This document shows positions 15,491 to 23,747 of a stretch of 32,000 nucleotides of DNA, one piece after another. Source of the DNA: Candidatus Nanogingivalaceae bacterium (lineage in GTDB: Bacteria; Patescibacteriota; Saccharimonadia; Saccharimonadales; Saccharimonadaceae); assembly GCA_015257795.3 (NCBI GenBank), contig CP072208.2, positions 30,001-62,000 on the forward strand, written 5' to 3'. Every line of letters starts with the position of its first letter. Positions within the stretch are counted from its first letter, which is position 1. Both the position numbers and the translations under genes were made by a program. Below the pieces are notes generated by a model. That model did not search any database. It was not told where the DNA came from and was given only the letters and a program-made list of their open reading frames with translations.

Positions 15491-18049
15491 CTATAGAATT
15501 TCAAGCGCTTTTTTAACTTTTTCAAGCTCGGCTTTTTTGTTTGAGAATTCTTCACGAGTTTCTTCAACCAAATGTGCTGGTGCTTTCGAAACATAGTTTT
15601 CGTTCGAGAGTCGTTTTTCGAGCAAGTTAATCTCGTTCGAAATCTTTTCGATTCGTTCATTTAATTCAGTTTTATATTCGGCTAGAACGCTAGTTGGAAC
15701 ATCAAGATATGCGCCCAAACCGCTAGCGGCAAGACTGAATCCGTGTGGCGCGTCTGTTTGAACAATTTCTGGTACGCGTGAAAGGTGGCGAATTGTCTCG
15801 GCATTTTTTGCAATTAGTTCATCTTTTTCGAAAACCAAATTGTAGCGTTTTTTGCCTGGAAGTTCAGCGGTGATCAAGCGAATTTCACCAACCAAATCTT
15901 GAATTCGTTCAAATTGAAGTGCTTCGAATTCGTTAAACTCTAGTGATTCGGCAAGTTTTTCATTTGCGAGAATTCCCTCAGTCCAAGGTAAAGTTTGCCA
16001 GATAGTTTCGGTTACGAAAGGCGCAAATGGATGTGCAATTTTTAGACAAGTTTCAAGGACCCAAGCCAGAAGTTCAGGATTTTGTTGTGTTTTTGATGCT
16101 TCGATATACCAATCGGCAACTGTGCTCCAAATTGTGTGATAAACAGTTTCAGAAGCTTCGGCAAAACGGTAATTTTGCATGTGATTATCTAATTCTGAAA
16201 TTGCACGGTCGAGTTCTCGTACGATCCAGTGATCTGCTGGCGAGAAAGCTTCGGGGCGTTTTTCACTCTTAATATCGCCAACTTTTTCTGAGATAAATCG
16301 TGAAATATTCCAAAGTTTATTGCAGAAGTTTCGCCCAGCGATAACTTTATTTTTCGAAAATGCTTGGTTTTGCCCTGCTGAACGTGCTGCGATAATTCCA
16401 AGGCGGAAAGCGTCGGAACCATATTCAGCAATTACATCCATCGGGTTGATCACATTTCCCTTTGATTTACTCATTTTTTGGCCATGCTCATCAAGAACCA
16501 TTCCGTGCAAGTAAACTTCGCGGAAAGGAATTTGGCCGGTGCAATAAAGCCCCAACATGATCATTCGTGAAATCCAAGGGAAAATCAAGTCGTGGCCGGT
16601 TTCCATTACACTATTTGGGTAGAATTTCGAAAGCTCACCGCCCTCAAGAAAATCAGTTGTAATGAATGGCCATTGACCACTCGAGAACCAAGTATCAAGC
16701 GTATCCTCATCGCGTTTATAAATTTTGCCGTTAACTTCAATTTCAGCTTCGTGAACGCGTTCATCAAAAATCCAATCTGTTGGATCTTCAACATTTTGAA
16801 ATGCTGGGATCGGAATTCCCCACGGTATTTGACGTGAAATGTTCCAGTCGCGAATATTTTTAAGGTATTCCATTAGAACATTCTTCTTATTTTCGGGCGT
16901 AAATTTAATTTTGTCCTCTTCAAGAACTTCAATAGCTTTTTTAGCTAGAGGTTTCGTAGAGATAAACCACTGCTCTTTTACAAGTGGCTGAATTGGCTCG
17001 CCAGATTTATAGTCGTAACCAACAACGTGCGTAATATCTTCTTCTTTAAAGAGAGCGTTAATCTTCTTGAGGTCTTCAAGAATCTTTTTTCGCGCTTCCA
17101 TAACTTCTAAGCCAGCATACTCACCGGCGTTTTGAGTCATTTTTCCATCAAAGCCAATTACTTGAATTTTTGGTAAGTTGTGACGATTACCAACTTCGAA
17201 GTCATTTGGATCGTGGAATGGTGTAATTTTAACAACACCAGTTCCAAATTGTGGATCGGCGTATTCATCGGCGACGATTTCAACTTCACGATTAGTTAGA
17301 GGTACGCGCACTTTTTTGCCAATTAGATTTTGGTATCGTTCATCTTCTGGATTAACTGCAAGTGCAGTATCGCCAAGAATTGTCTCTGGGCGCGTTGTTG
17401 AAACTAGCATATATTCACTAATATCACCAAAATTATCAAGAACAGGATACGCGATTGTCCAAAGTTTGCCCTTCTCTTCTTTATAATCTACCTCAATGTC
17501 GGCGTAAGAAGTTTGGTATTTTGTTGAATAATTAACAATTCGCTCACCTCTATAGATTAGGCCATCGTTCCACATTTTTTCGAAAGTCTTATAAACGCGA
17601 TTTACTACTTTTTCATCTAGTGTGAAAGTAAGGTTTTTCCAGTCAGCTCCAGCTCCGAGTGCGCGAAGTTGTAATTCCATATTTCCGCGTTGGCTAGCAA
17701 CAAAATCCCAAACATTTTTATAAAGCTCATCACGAGAATAATCAAAACGGCTCTTCCCTTTTGCATTTAGAAGGCGTTCATAAACAACCCATGTTTCAAA
17801 ACCGGCGTGGTCGGCACCAGGCAAATAAATTGCGTCATAACCCTTCATTTTGTGATAACGCACCAAAATATCCTCTACGGCGGCCATTAATCCGTGACCA
17901 ATGTGAAGATTTCCGTTTGCATTTGGTGGTGGCATTACAATTGAATATTTTGGGCCAACTCCGCTACTTTCGAAAGCACCGGAAAGTTCCCAAAGATTAT
18001 AAATTTCAGGTTCGTAATTGTTCGGTTCGTAAGTCTTTGTAATTTTCAT
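15491..18049 (-). CDS. valS: valine--tRNA ligase
   Basis: HIGH motif (PPPNANGNLHIGH), KMSKS (QKMSKSKGNV), C-terminal coiled coil. Start taken at ATG 18049 (MKITKTYEPNNYE...). An in-frame ATG at 18067 is possible. Confidence 0.93.
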   Translation of the reverse strand: MKITKTYEPNNYEPEIYNLWELSGAFESSGVGPKYSIVMPPPNANGNLHIGHGLMAAVEDILVRYHKMKGYDAIYLPGADHAGFETWVVYERLLNAKGKSRFDYSRDELYKNVWDFVASQRGNMELQLRALGAGADWKNLTFTLDEKVVNRVYKTFEKMWNDGLIYRGERIVNYSTKYQTSYADIEVDYKEEKGKLWTIAYPVLDNFGDISEYMLVSTTRPETILGDTALAVNPEDERYQNLIGKKVRVPLTNREVEIVADEYADPQFGTGVVKITPFHDPNDFEVGNRHNLPKIQVIGFDGKMTQNAGEYAGLEVMEARKKILEDLKKINALFKEEDITHVVGYDYKSGEPIQPLVKEQWFISTKPLAKKAIEVLEEDKIKFTPENKKNVLMEYLKNIRDWNISRQIPWGIPIPAFQNVEDPTDWIFDERVHEAEIEVNGKIYKRDEDTLDTWFSSGQWPFITTDFLEGGELSKFYPNSVMETGHDLIFPWISRMIMLGLYCTGQIPFREVYLHGMVLDEHGQKMSKSKGNVINPMDVIAEYGSDAFRLGIIAARSAGQNQAFSKNKVIAGRNFCNKLWNISRFISEKVGDIKSEKRPEAFSPADHWIVRELDRAISELDNHMQNYRFAEASETVYHTIWSTVADWYIEASKTQQNPELLAWVLETCLKIAHPFAPFVTETIWQTLPWTEGILANEKLAESLEFNEFEALQFERIQDLVGEIRLITAELPGKKRYNLVFEKDELIAKNAETIRHLSRVPEIVQTDAPHGFSLAASGLGAYLDVPTSVLAEYKTELNERIEKISNEINLLEKRLSNENYVSKAPAHLVEETREEFSNKKAELEKVKKALEIL

Positions 18050-18114
18050 AATTCCCTTTAATCGCATTTATTCAACATTTCACGCGAAATTTTTTAATGC
18101 GTGAAAATTTTACA

Positions 18115-18144
18115 TTTACAATTATACCACATTCGGTGTATAAT
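18115..18144 (+). promoter_or_regulatory. promoter of the FemAB-family gene (leaderless). Overlaps the divergent valS extended -10 (TGgTATAAT, minus, 18129-18121)
   Basis: TTTACA (18115-18120), 18 nt, TATAAT (18139-18144), then 6 nt to ATG 18151. Confidence 0.5.
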
Positions 18145-18150
18145 ATAAAT

Positions 18151-19230
18151 ATGCTAAAGATTATCGAAATTACAGATAAAAAAGAATGGGACGATTTTGT
18201 TAACGAACATAACGGTCATCCTTTGCAGCTTTGGGGCTGGGGTGAACTTAAAGCCGAGTCATCAAACTGGAAAGTGGTGCGAGTTTTTTTGAAGAACGGT
18301 GAAGAAAAATACATTGATCGCAAGAAGAATGATCATTCAGATATTGTGGCAGCAGCGCAAATTTTAATTCGAAAACTACCTTTTCCGCTTAATAGTTTTG
18401 CATATATTCCGCGTGGCGCTTTGGCGCTTTCGAAAAAACCGATTGAACGAGCTCGCATTTCGCGTGAAATAGCACTTTGGGTTTCGAAAAACATTAAACC
18501 AAAACCAGTTTGTTTGAGTATGGAGCCAGATTGGAATGAAGATGAATTTGAGATTCGTGATGGCTGGCGAAAGAGTAAAAATACTATTTTAATTCCGCGA
18601 ACGCTAATTATTGATTTAACGCAAACTGAAGATGAATTGCTCGCACAAATGAGCAAAAAAACGCGTCAATATATTCGAAAGAGTAGTGGGGAAGTAAAAA
18701 TTCGCCAACTTCGTTCGAAAGAAGATATCGATCGCGCGCTAGAAATTTACGTTCAAACTGCAAAGCGTGCTGGTTTTGCAATTCACCCTAAAAAATATTA
18801 CCACGACCTCTATAAAAAAATGGGTGAAAATTCGCCAATTTTTGGTGCATTTATAGATGTAAACTCGAGTGAAGAGCAGGGGCAAGCTTTCGAAAATAAC
18901 CAAACTCAAGAAATGGTTGCATTTTTGTGGTTTGCGCAAAGCAACTATACTTCGTTTGAGCTTTATGGCGGCGTGACTGAAATGGGTCAAAAAGTGCGCG
19001 CTAACTACATTTTAAAGTGGACGGCAATGCTCGAAATGAAAAAACGTGGTGTGGAAAGATATGACTTCAACGGTCTTTTGAACGATGGGATTTCGAAATT
19101 CAAAGCTGGTTTTGCGCATCATGAAAATATGCTTGTTGGAACTTTGGATTTTCCGATTTCGAAAACATATTTCATCTGGAATTCATTCTTACCGACTGCG
19201 AAAAAAATCGTGCGAAAATTCAAAAAATAG
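18151..19230 (+). CDS. FemAB-family peptidoglycan interpeptide-bridge aminoacyltransferase
   Basis: 359 aa from ATG 18151. MSKKTRQYIRKS and LYGGVTEMGQKVRANYILKWTAMLEMKKRGVERYDFNGL match the FemX/MurM family pattern. Confidence 0.78.
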   Translation: MLKIIEITDKKEWDDFVNEHNGHPLQLWGWGELKAESSNWKVVRVFLKNGEEKYIDRKKNDHSDIVAAAQILIRKLPFPLNSFAYIPRGALALSKKPIERARISREIALWVSKNIKPKPVCLSMEPDWNEDEFEIRDGWRKSKNTILIPRTLIIDLTQTEDELLAQMSKKTRQYIRKSSGEVKIRQLRSKEDIDRALEIYVQTAKRAGFAIHPKKYYHDLYKKMGENSPIFGAFIDVNSSEEQGQAFENNQTQEMVAFLWFAQSNYTSFELYGGVTEMGQKVRANYILKWTAMLEMKKRGVERYDFNGLLNDGISKFKAGFAHHENMLVGTLDFPISKTYFIWNSFLPTAKKIVRKFKK

Positions 19231-19247
19231 GGAAGTGCAGAATAAAG

Positions 19248-19281
19248 AAAATCGCTCAAAATCTGGGCGGTTTTTCTTTTT
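19248..19281 (+). terminator. terminator-family copy 3 (downstream of the FemAB gene)
   Basis: AAAATCGCTC-AAAATCT-GGGCGGTTTTTCTTTTT. Confidence 0.6.
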
Positions 19282-19304
19282 CGAAAGTAAAAAAATCTAA
19301 AAAA

Positions 19305-19333
19305 TTGACCAAAATATTAAAAGGTAGTAAAAT
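19305..19333 (+). promoter_or_regulatory. tsaD promoter (leaderless configuration)
   Basis: TTGACC (19305-19310), 17 nt, TAAAAT (19328-19333), then 6 nt to ATG 19340. Confidence 0.55.
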
Positions 19334-19339
19334 AGAATT

Positions 19340-20428
19340 ATGAAAATACTAGGAATTGAAAGCACTTGCGATGAAACTGCGGCGGCCGTGGTTGAATTTG
19401 ATGCAGATCAAATTACGCGCGAAAGTTCGCCAAGATTAAATTTGCTCTCAAGTGTGGTTCATTCACAGATTGATATTCACGCGCAATTTGGTGGTGTGAT
19501 TCCTGAGGTGGCGGCTCGTTCGCATATTGAATATGCGAATCCTGTAGTTCGAAAAGCGCTCGCGCGCGCTGGTGTTTCTTTTGAAGATCTCGATGGGATT
19601 GCCGTTTCTTATGCGCCAGGTTTAATTGGCTCGCTTTTGGTTGGCACATTAACCGCGCGAACTTATGCACGAATTTTCAATAAACCTTTTTATCCAATTC
19701 ATCATGTTGAAGCGCACGTTTATGCGAATTTTTTGAACGAAAAACCGCCAAAGTTTCCATTTTTGGCGCTAGTTGTATCGGGCGGTCATTCGCAAATTGT
19801 TTTGTTTAAAGCTCACGGCGATTATCAAATTTTGGGCGAAACTCAAGATGATGCGGTTGGTGAAGCTTTCGATAAAGTTGCAAAAATTATCGGTTTGCCT
19901 TATCCGGGCGGTCCAGCAATTTCGAAAGCAGCGCAAAATGGAGATTCTTCAAAATATAAGTTGCCAAAAGCGCGCTTAAAAGGGAAGTATGACTTTAGTT
20001 TTTCGGGCTTAAAAACGGCTGTTTTGCGAGCGGTTCAAAAAGAAGTTGGTGTTGATTTTAACTTTCCTTCTTTCGAATTAGCGGCAAAACTCAGTGAACA
20101 GCAACGAAACGATTTTGCGGCAAGTTTTCAAAAAACGGCAGTTGAAACTTTGGTTGATAAGCTTGAGCTTGCGGTGAAAGATTTTGCGCCAACAACAGTT
20201 GTGATTGCTGGCGGTGTGGCGGCAAATTCAGCGTTAAGGGAAGAATTAGTTAAGCGAGTTTCAGATAAATTGCCGGATCCAGTGATTTTCACTCCACCGG
20301 AACTTTGCACCGACAATGCTGCAATGGTAGCAACATTGGGTGCTTTTCAAGCTGTGCTGAGCGAACCGCAAAATCCGCTCGAGCTTGAGGTTAAGCCTTC
20401 ACTTTCGATGAGTGACTCAAATTGGTAA
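19340..20428 (+). CDS. tsaD: tRNA N6-adenosine threonylcarbamoyltransferase TsaD
   Basis: ILGIESTCDETAAAVV N-terminus, HHVEAH metal motif, GGVAANSALRE. Confidence 0.93.
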   Translation: MKILGIESTCDETAAAVVEFDADQITRESSPRLNLLSSVVHSQIDIHAQFGGVIPEVAARSHIEYANPVVRKALARAGVSFEDLDGIAVSYAPGLIGSLLVGTLTARTYARIFNKPFYPIHHVEAHVYANFLNEKPPKFPFLALVVSGGHSQIVLFKAHGDYQILGETQDDAVGEAFDKVAKIIGLPYPGGPAISKAAQNGDSSKYKLPKARLKGKYDFSFSGLKTAVLRAVQKEVGVDFNFPSFELAAKLSEQQRNDFAASFQKTAVETLVDKLELAVKDFAPTTVVIAGGVAANSALREELVKRVSDKLPDPVIFTPPELCTDNAAMVATLGAFQAVLSEPQNPLELEVKPSLSMSDSNW

Positions 20429-20460
20429 ATAATTTTCAAAAAATGTTAGAAATAAAATAA

Positions 20461-20482
20461 CCCGCAAATTTCTGCGGGTTTT
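20461..20482. terminator. bidirectional intrinsic terminator
   Basis: CCCGCA-AATTTC-TGCGGG flanked by AAAATAA and TTTT. Lies between convergent tsaD and the 20500 gene. Confidence 0.65.
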
Positions 20483-20499
20483 GTTTCTTTGATGATTTT

Positions 20500-20817
20500 C
20501 TAAAGGAAGACGCGAATACCTTGGAAAATGTATTTGGTATCCGTATAGTTAGGGATAATTTTGTCTTTATTACGGTCGTAATAATTTTGTCTTTGAATCT
20601 GTTTCGCATCATAAACATTTTCAAATTTTATATCTTCACTCTCAAGAAAATGACAGATAATATTAGTTTTGCTGTCTCGCTCATTTGATAGTGAAATAAG
20701 TGTAGATGACTCACCCTTTCTTGCAGCAGCTAACAGCGTTTCTTTCACTTGTCCTACAATAGTATCACGGTCAAGAGCCTCGTTTTTGACAGCTTCTAGC
20801 TGGTCTTTAAATGACAT
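20500..20817 (-). CDS. hypothetical protein, paralog A of a tandem pair (105 aa)
   Basis: MSFKDQLEAVKNEALDRDTIVGQVKETLLAAARKGESS...YIFQGIRVFL. GGGAGAG SD. Roughly 35-40% identical to the upstream gene by eye. Confidence 0.65.
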   Translation of the reverse strand: MSFKDQLEAVKNEALDRDTIVGQVKETLLAAARKGESSTLISLSNERDSKTNIICHFLESEDIKFENVYDAKQIQRQNYYDRNKDKIIPNYTDTKYIFQGIRVFL

Positions 20818-20834
20818 AATTCACTCTCCCTTCA

Positions 20835-21167
20835 CTATAAAAATACGCGGATACCTTTGAATTGATATTTAGTCACAGGGACTTGTTTATTAGGGTCGAC
20901 GCCCTCATAACCACCCATGTGCGTATCGATATACGGAAATTCAGTTGTTTGGTATGAGTCGTAAGCCTTTTTGAAATCAATTCCTTCCTTAGTTAGGAAC
21001 TGACATACGGCTTGCGTTTTGTAGCCATTTTCCTTATCAAGGTAGATAACTACAGTTGATTCACCATCCTTAGCGGCCTTGATGAGAATATCTTCGACTT
21101 GTTTAGCAATATTATCCTCAGTCAATGCGGATTGCTTCATTGTCGCCAATCGTTCCTTTAAAGACAT
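20835..21167 (-). CDS. hypothetical protein, paralog B of a tandem pair (110 aa)
   Basis: Start taken at ATG 21167 (MSLKERLATMKQSALTEDNIAKQVEDILIKAAKDGEST...YQFKGIRVFL) with GGAGGA 7 nt upstream. The track's start at 21200 lacks an SD. Confidence 0.65.
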   Translation of the reverse strand: MSLKERLATMKQSALTEDNIAKQVEDILIKAAKDGESTVVIYLDKENGYKTQAVCQFLTKEGIDFKKAYDSYQTTEFPYIDTHMGGYEGVDPNKQVPVTKYQFKGIRVFL

Positions 21168-21217
21168 ATAAAAGTCCTCCAAATGTTCTATTTTTGCCAA
21201 AACGGCAAATCTTTTAG

Positions 21218-21246
21218 ATTATAGCATTTTTAAGTAGAATTGTCAA
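21218..21246 (-). promoter_or_regulatory. promoter of the paralog pair
   Basis: Minus sense: TTGACA (21246-21241), 17 nt, TATAAT (21223-21218). About 50-nt leader with a TTGCC/GGCAA hairpin. Confidence 0.5.
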
Positions 21247-21264
21247 GTTTTTGAAAAAGAAAAA

Positions 21265-21294
21265 TAAAAAACCGCCCAATTTTGAGCGATTTTT
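21265..21294 (-). terminator. terminator-family copy 4 (downstream of rpsT)
   Basis: Transcript sense: AAAAATCGCTC-AAAATT-GGGCGGTTTTTT. Confidence 0.6.
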
Positions 21295-21308
21295 GAAAAT
21301 GTATCAAA

Positions 21309-21563
21309 TTAAGCAAGTTTTACGCCAGCTTTTTTCGCAGCAGCGGCAAGAGAAGATTTTCGGCGGGCAGCTGTATTTTTCTTGATAAGACCTTTTTTAA
21401 CAGCTTTGTCTAGTTCGCTTTGTGCTTTTGAAAGGCTTTTTGCGCTTGGTTCAGCAACAAAAGCTTTTACTGCACCTTTGATATCTTTTTTAATTCCAAC
21501 GTTGCGTTCGCGTCGTTTTGCGGTTTGTCGCATTCGCTTTACAGCAGATTTAATAATTGGCAT
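21309..21563 (-). CDS. rpsT: 30S ribosomal protein S20
   Basis: MPIIKSAVKRMRQTAKRRERN..., 84 aa, basic. GAAGGA SD. Confidence 0.92.
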   Translation of the reverse strand: MPIIKSAVKRMRQTAKRRERNVGIKKDIKGAVKAFVAEPSAKSLSKAQSELDKAVKKGLIKKNTAARRKSSLAAAAKKAGVKLA

Positions 21564-21605
21564 TTAGTGTCCTTCTTTTAGGTTGTTATTTACAATTCAA
21601 CATCG

Positions 21606-21634
21606 ATTATACAGTATTTCGAAAGAAAAAGCAA
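21606..21634 (-). promoter_or_regulatory. rpsT promoter
   Basis: Minus sense: TTGCTT (21634-21629), 17 nt, TATAAT (21611-21606). Confidence 0.5.
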
Positions 21635-21651
21635 GTATTTCAAATAAACTA

Positions 21652-21680
21652 TTGACATTTTATTATGATTATGCTAATAT
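21652..21680 (+). promoter_or_regulatory. promoter of the DHH-truB operon
   Basis: AACTATTGACA with TTGACA (21652-21657), 17 nt, TAATAT (21675-21680). Confidence 0.5.
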
Positions 21681-21724
21681 AGGGCTATAAATTATAAAAA
21701 TAAACAATAGGATTCAATAAACAA

Positions 21725-23746
21725 ATGTCAAAAAATAATGCTCAAGAGCAGATTATCGCAAAGTTGAAAGAATCAGAAAGCATTCTAATTGCGGTAAACG
21801 ATAACCCAAGTGTTGATGAACTTTCATCAGCTTTGGCGTTGACGCTTGCGATAAACAATTCAGGCAAGCATGCAACAGCAGTTGCGAGTGGTGAAATGCC
21901 AGATGCGCTAACTTTCTTGCGCCCAGAAAAAACTTTCGAACATTCGGTCGATTCTTTACGTGATTTTATTATCGCCCTAAATAAAGAAAAAGCTGATCAC
22001 TTACGCTACAAACTTGTTGGCGATCACGTTAAAATTTTCATTACGCCGTATCGTTCGGTGATTTCTGAAAAAGACCTCGAATTCGAACAAGGTGATTTTA
22101 ATATTGATTTTGTTTTGGCGCTAAACGTTGAAAGCCAAGATCGACTTGATGGTGCTTTGGCGGCACATGGTCGAATTTTTCACGATGCTTCAGTGGGAAT
22201 TTTAACTGTTGGCGAAAATCAAACAAATCTTAACGGAATTCACTGGCACGATGAAAGTGCAAGTTCTTTAAGTGAAATTACTGTTCAAATTATTGAATCT
22301 ATTGGCAAAAAAAATCTTACTGAATCAGTTGCTACCGCGCTTCTAACTGGAATCGTTGCGGAAACTGATCGATTCTCAAACTCGAAAGTAACGGCTGAAA
22401 TTATGGGTCTTGCTTCGAAACTTATCGCATCTGGCGCCGACCAGCAACTTGTTATTTCGAAAATTCGTGAAGCTGAAGAAAAAGCAGGCGAATTTGCCGT
22501 TCAGAAAAATGCTAAAATGGAAGAAGCACTTGAAGAGCTTTCTGGCGAAAAAGAAGATAAAAAGCAAGTTTCGAAAACCGAACAAAAACGTGACGGTGCT
22601 TTCGTAATTGCTCACGAAGAAGCAAAAGCTAAAAAAGAATCTCAAGAGCCAGAAAAAGATAGTGAAGAGGAACTTGAAGAGTCTCTTAACGACCTAAAAA
22701 ATATTAACACTGGAGTTAATGCTTTCTCAGAACTTGAAGATGGAGATTCTGAAGATGAAGAAGTCGAGCAACCTCAAGAAGATTTCAAAGAAGTGGTTGA
22801 AGAGTCTAAAGAAGAGCCTGCTCAAAAAGAAGAATTTATTCCTCAGGCTCCAGTTCAGCCCGTAGTTGAGATTCCAACTCAACCAGTTGAAGCTACACCA
22901 GCACCAGTTGCTGAACCAAAAGAAGCTCCAGCGCAAGAACAAAATAACGATGCGCCAGTTCAACAAGAAATTCAACAACCAGCTCCACCTCAAAGTGTAG
23001 AAGGTTTAGTTGAGGCGCCGATTGAAAACTATGCGCCAGAAATTCCAGCTAGCGAGCCTTTCGAAAATCCGAATGCGTTTATTGCTGAATCTCCAGTTCA
23101 AGAGCAAGTTTTTGAACCAGCTCAACAAACTGAGATTTCTGTTCCAGCTTTTGAAGCTCCAACTCAACCAGTTGAAGCTACACCAGCACCAGTTGCTGAA
23201 CCAAAAGAAGCTCCAGCGCAAGAACAAAAACAGGGCGATGAATATTATCACCCTAAGGATAACGCAGAAATTGTCAGCGGGTTAATGGGCGCTCAGCCAT
23301 ATTCACCTAGTGGAATTAAGCGAGAAGATAATGCTGCCGCAACCTCAAACCCTGAAGATAACGATTATATTTTAAATCGTAAACAAACTCAGAATGCGGT
23401 TTACGAAGAGCCAAAAGATAATAGCAATTTTATACCCGAAACTAACGCTTATGCACAGGCTGCACCAGTTCAACCTCTTTCAAATTTCGAATCAAGCAAT
23501 CCGATTTCGAATGAACAATACGCGGCAAGTAATCCGGTGCAAAATTCAAATGATTTTGCAATGCCAATGCCACCAGCTATGCCAGATTTTAACACAATGC
23601 CAATGCCACCAGAAATTCCAAATTTTGACGTAGCTCCAAGTCCAGCAGAACAGCCGGCAATGGGTGCACAAAATAGTGGCGATAAAATAATGACGGATCA
23701 AATTTACCCTAACGATCCATCGCAGTTTAGAATTCCAGGAATGTAA
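21725..23746 (+). CDS. DHH-domain (NrnA-like) protein with degenerate catalytic motifs and a roughly 420-aa acidic/Pro/Gln-rich low-complexity tail
   Basis: The N-terminal ~250 aa align to the DHH fold (ILIAVNDNPSVDELSSALAL; LLTGIVAETDRFSN, compare GDTGRF). DHH motifs I-IV are mostly substituted. The rest is low complexity with an internal exact repeat. Sits directly upstream of truB, as nrnA-like genes often do. Confidence 0.65.
   Translation: MSKNNAQEQIIAKLKESESILIAVNDNPSVDELSSALALTLAINNSGKHATAVASGEMPDALTFLRPEKTFEHSVDSLRDFIIALNKEKADHLRYKLVGDHVKIFITPYRSVISEKDLEFEQGDFNIDFVLALNVESQDRLDGALAAHGRIFHDASVGILTVGENQTNLNGIHWHDESASSLSEITVQIIESIGKKNLTESVATALLTGIVAETDRFSNSKVTAEIMGLASKLIASGADQQLVISKIREAEEKAGEFAVQKNAKMEEALEELSGEKEDKKQVSKTEQKRDGAFVIAHEEAKAKKESQEPEKDSEEELEESLNDLKNINTGVNAFSELEDGDSEDEEVEQPQEDFKEVVEESKEEPAQKEEFIPQAPVQPVVEIPTQPVEATPAPVAEPKEAPAQEQNNDAPVQQEIQQPAPPQSVEGLVEAPIENYAPEIPASEPFENPNAFIAESPVQEQVFEPAQQTEISVPAFEAPTQPVEATPAPVAEPKEAPAQEQKQGDEYYHPKDNAEIVSGLMGAQPYSPSGIKREDNAAATSNPEDNDYILNRKQTQNAVYEEPKDNSNFIPETNAYAQAAPVQPLSNFESSNPISNEQYAASNPVQNSNDFAMPMPPAMPDFNTMPMPPEIPNFDVAPSPAEQPAMGAQNSGDKIMTDQIYPNDPSQFRIPGM
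22873..22944 (+). repeat. 72-bp exact direct repeat, copy 1 (in frame, encodes PTQPVEATPAPVAEPKEAPAQEQ)
   Basis: Identical to 23158-23229. Offset 285 bp (95 codons). Confidence 0.9.
23158..23229 (+). repeat. 72-bp exact direct repeat, copy 2
   Basis: Identical to 22873-22944. Confidence 0.9.
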
Positions 23747-23747
23747 A

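Noticed and set aside
18050-18067. valS start at ATG 18067 (MRLKGIMKIT...)
   Set aside because: MKITKTYEP... matches typical ValRS N-termini and has an AGGGAA just upstream. The longer form remains possible.
22873-23229. Exact 72-bp repeats as a possible CRISPR or other array
   Set aside because: There are only two copies. Both are in frame inside a continuous ORF, they encode the same peptide, and there are no cas genes. This is an intragenic duplication.
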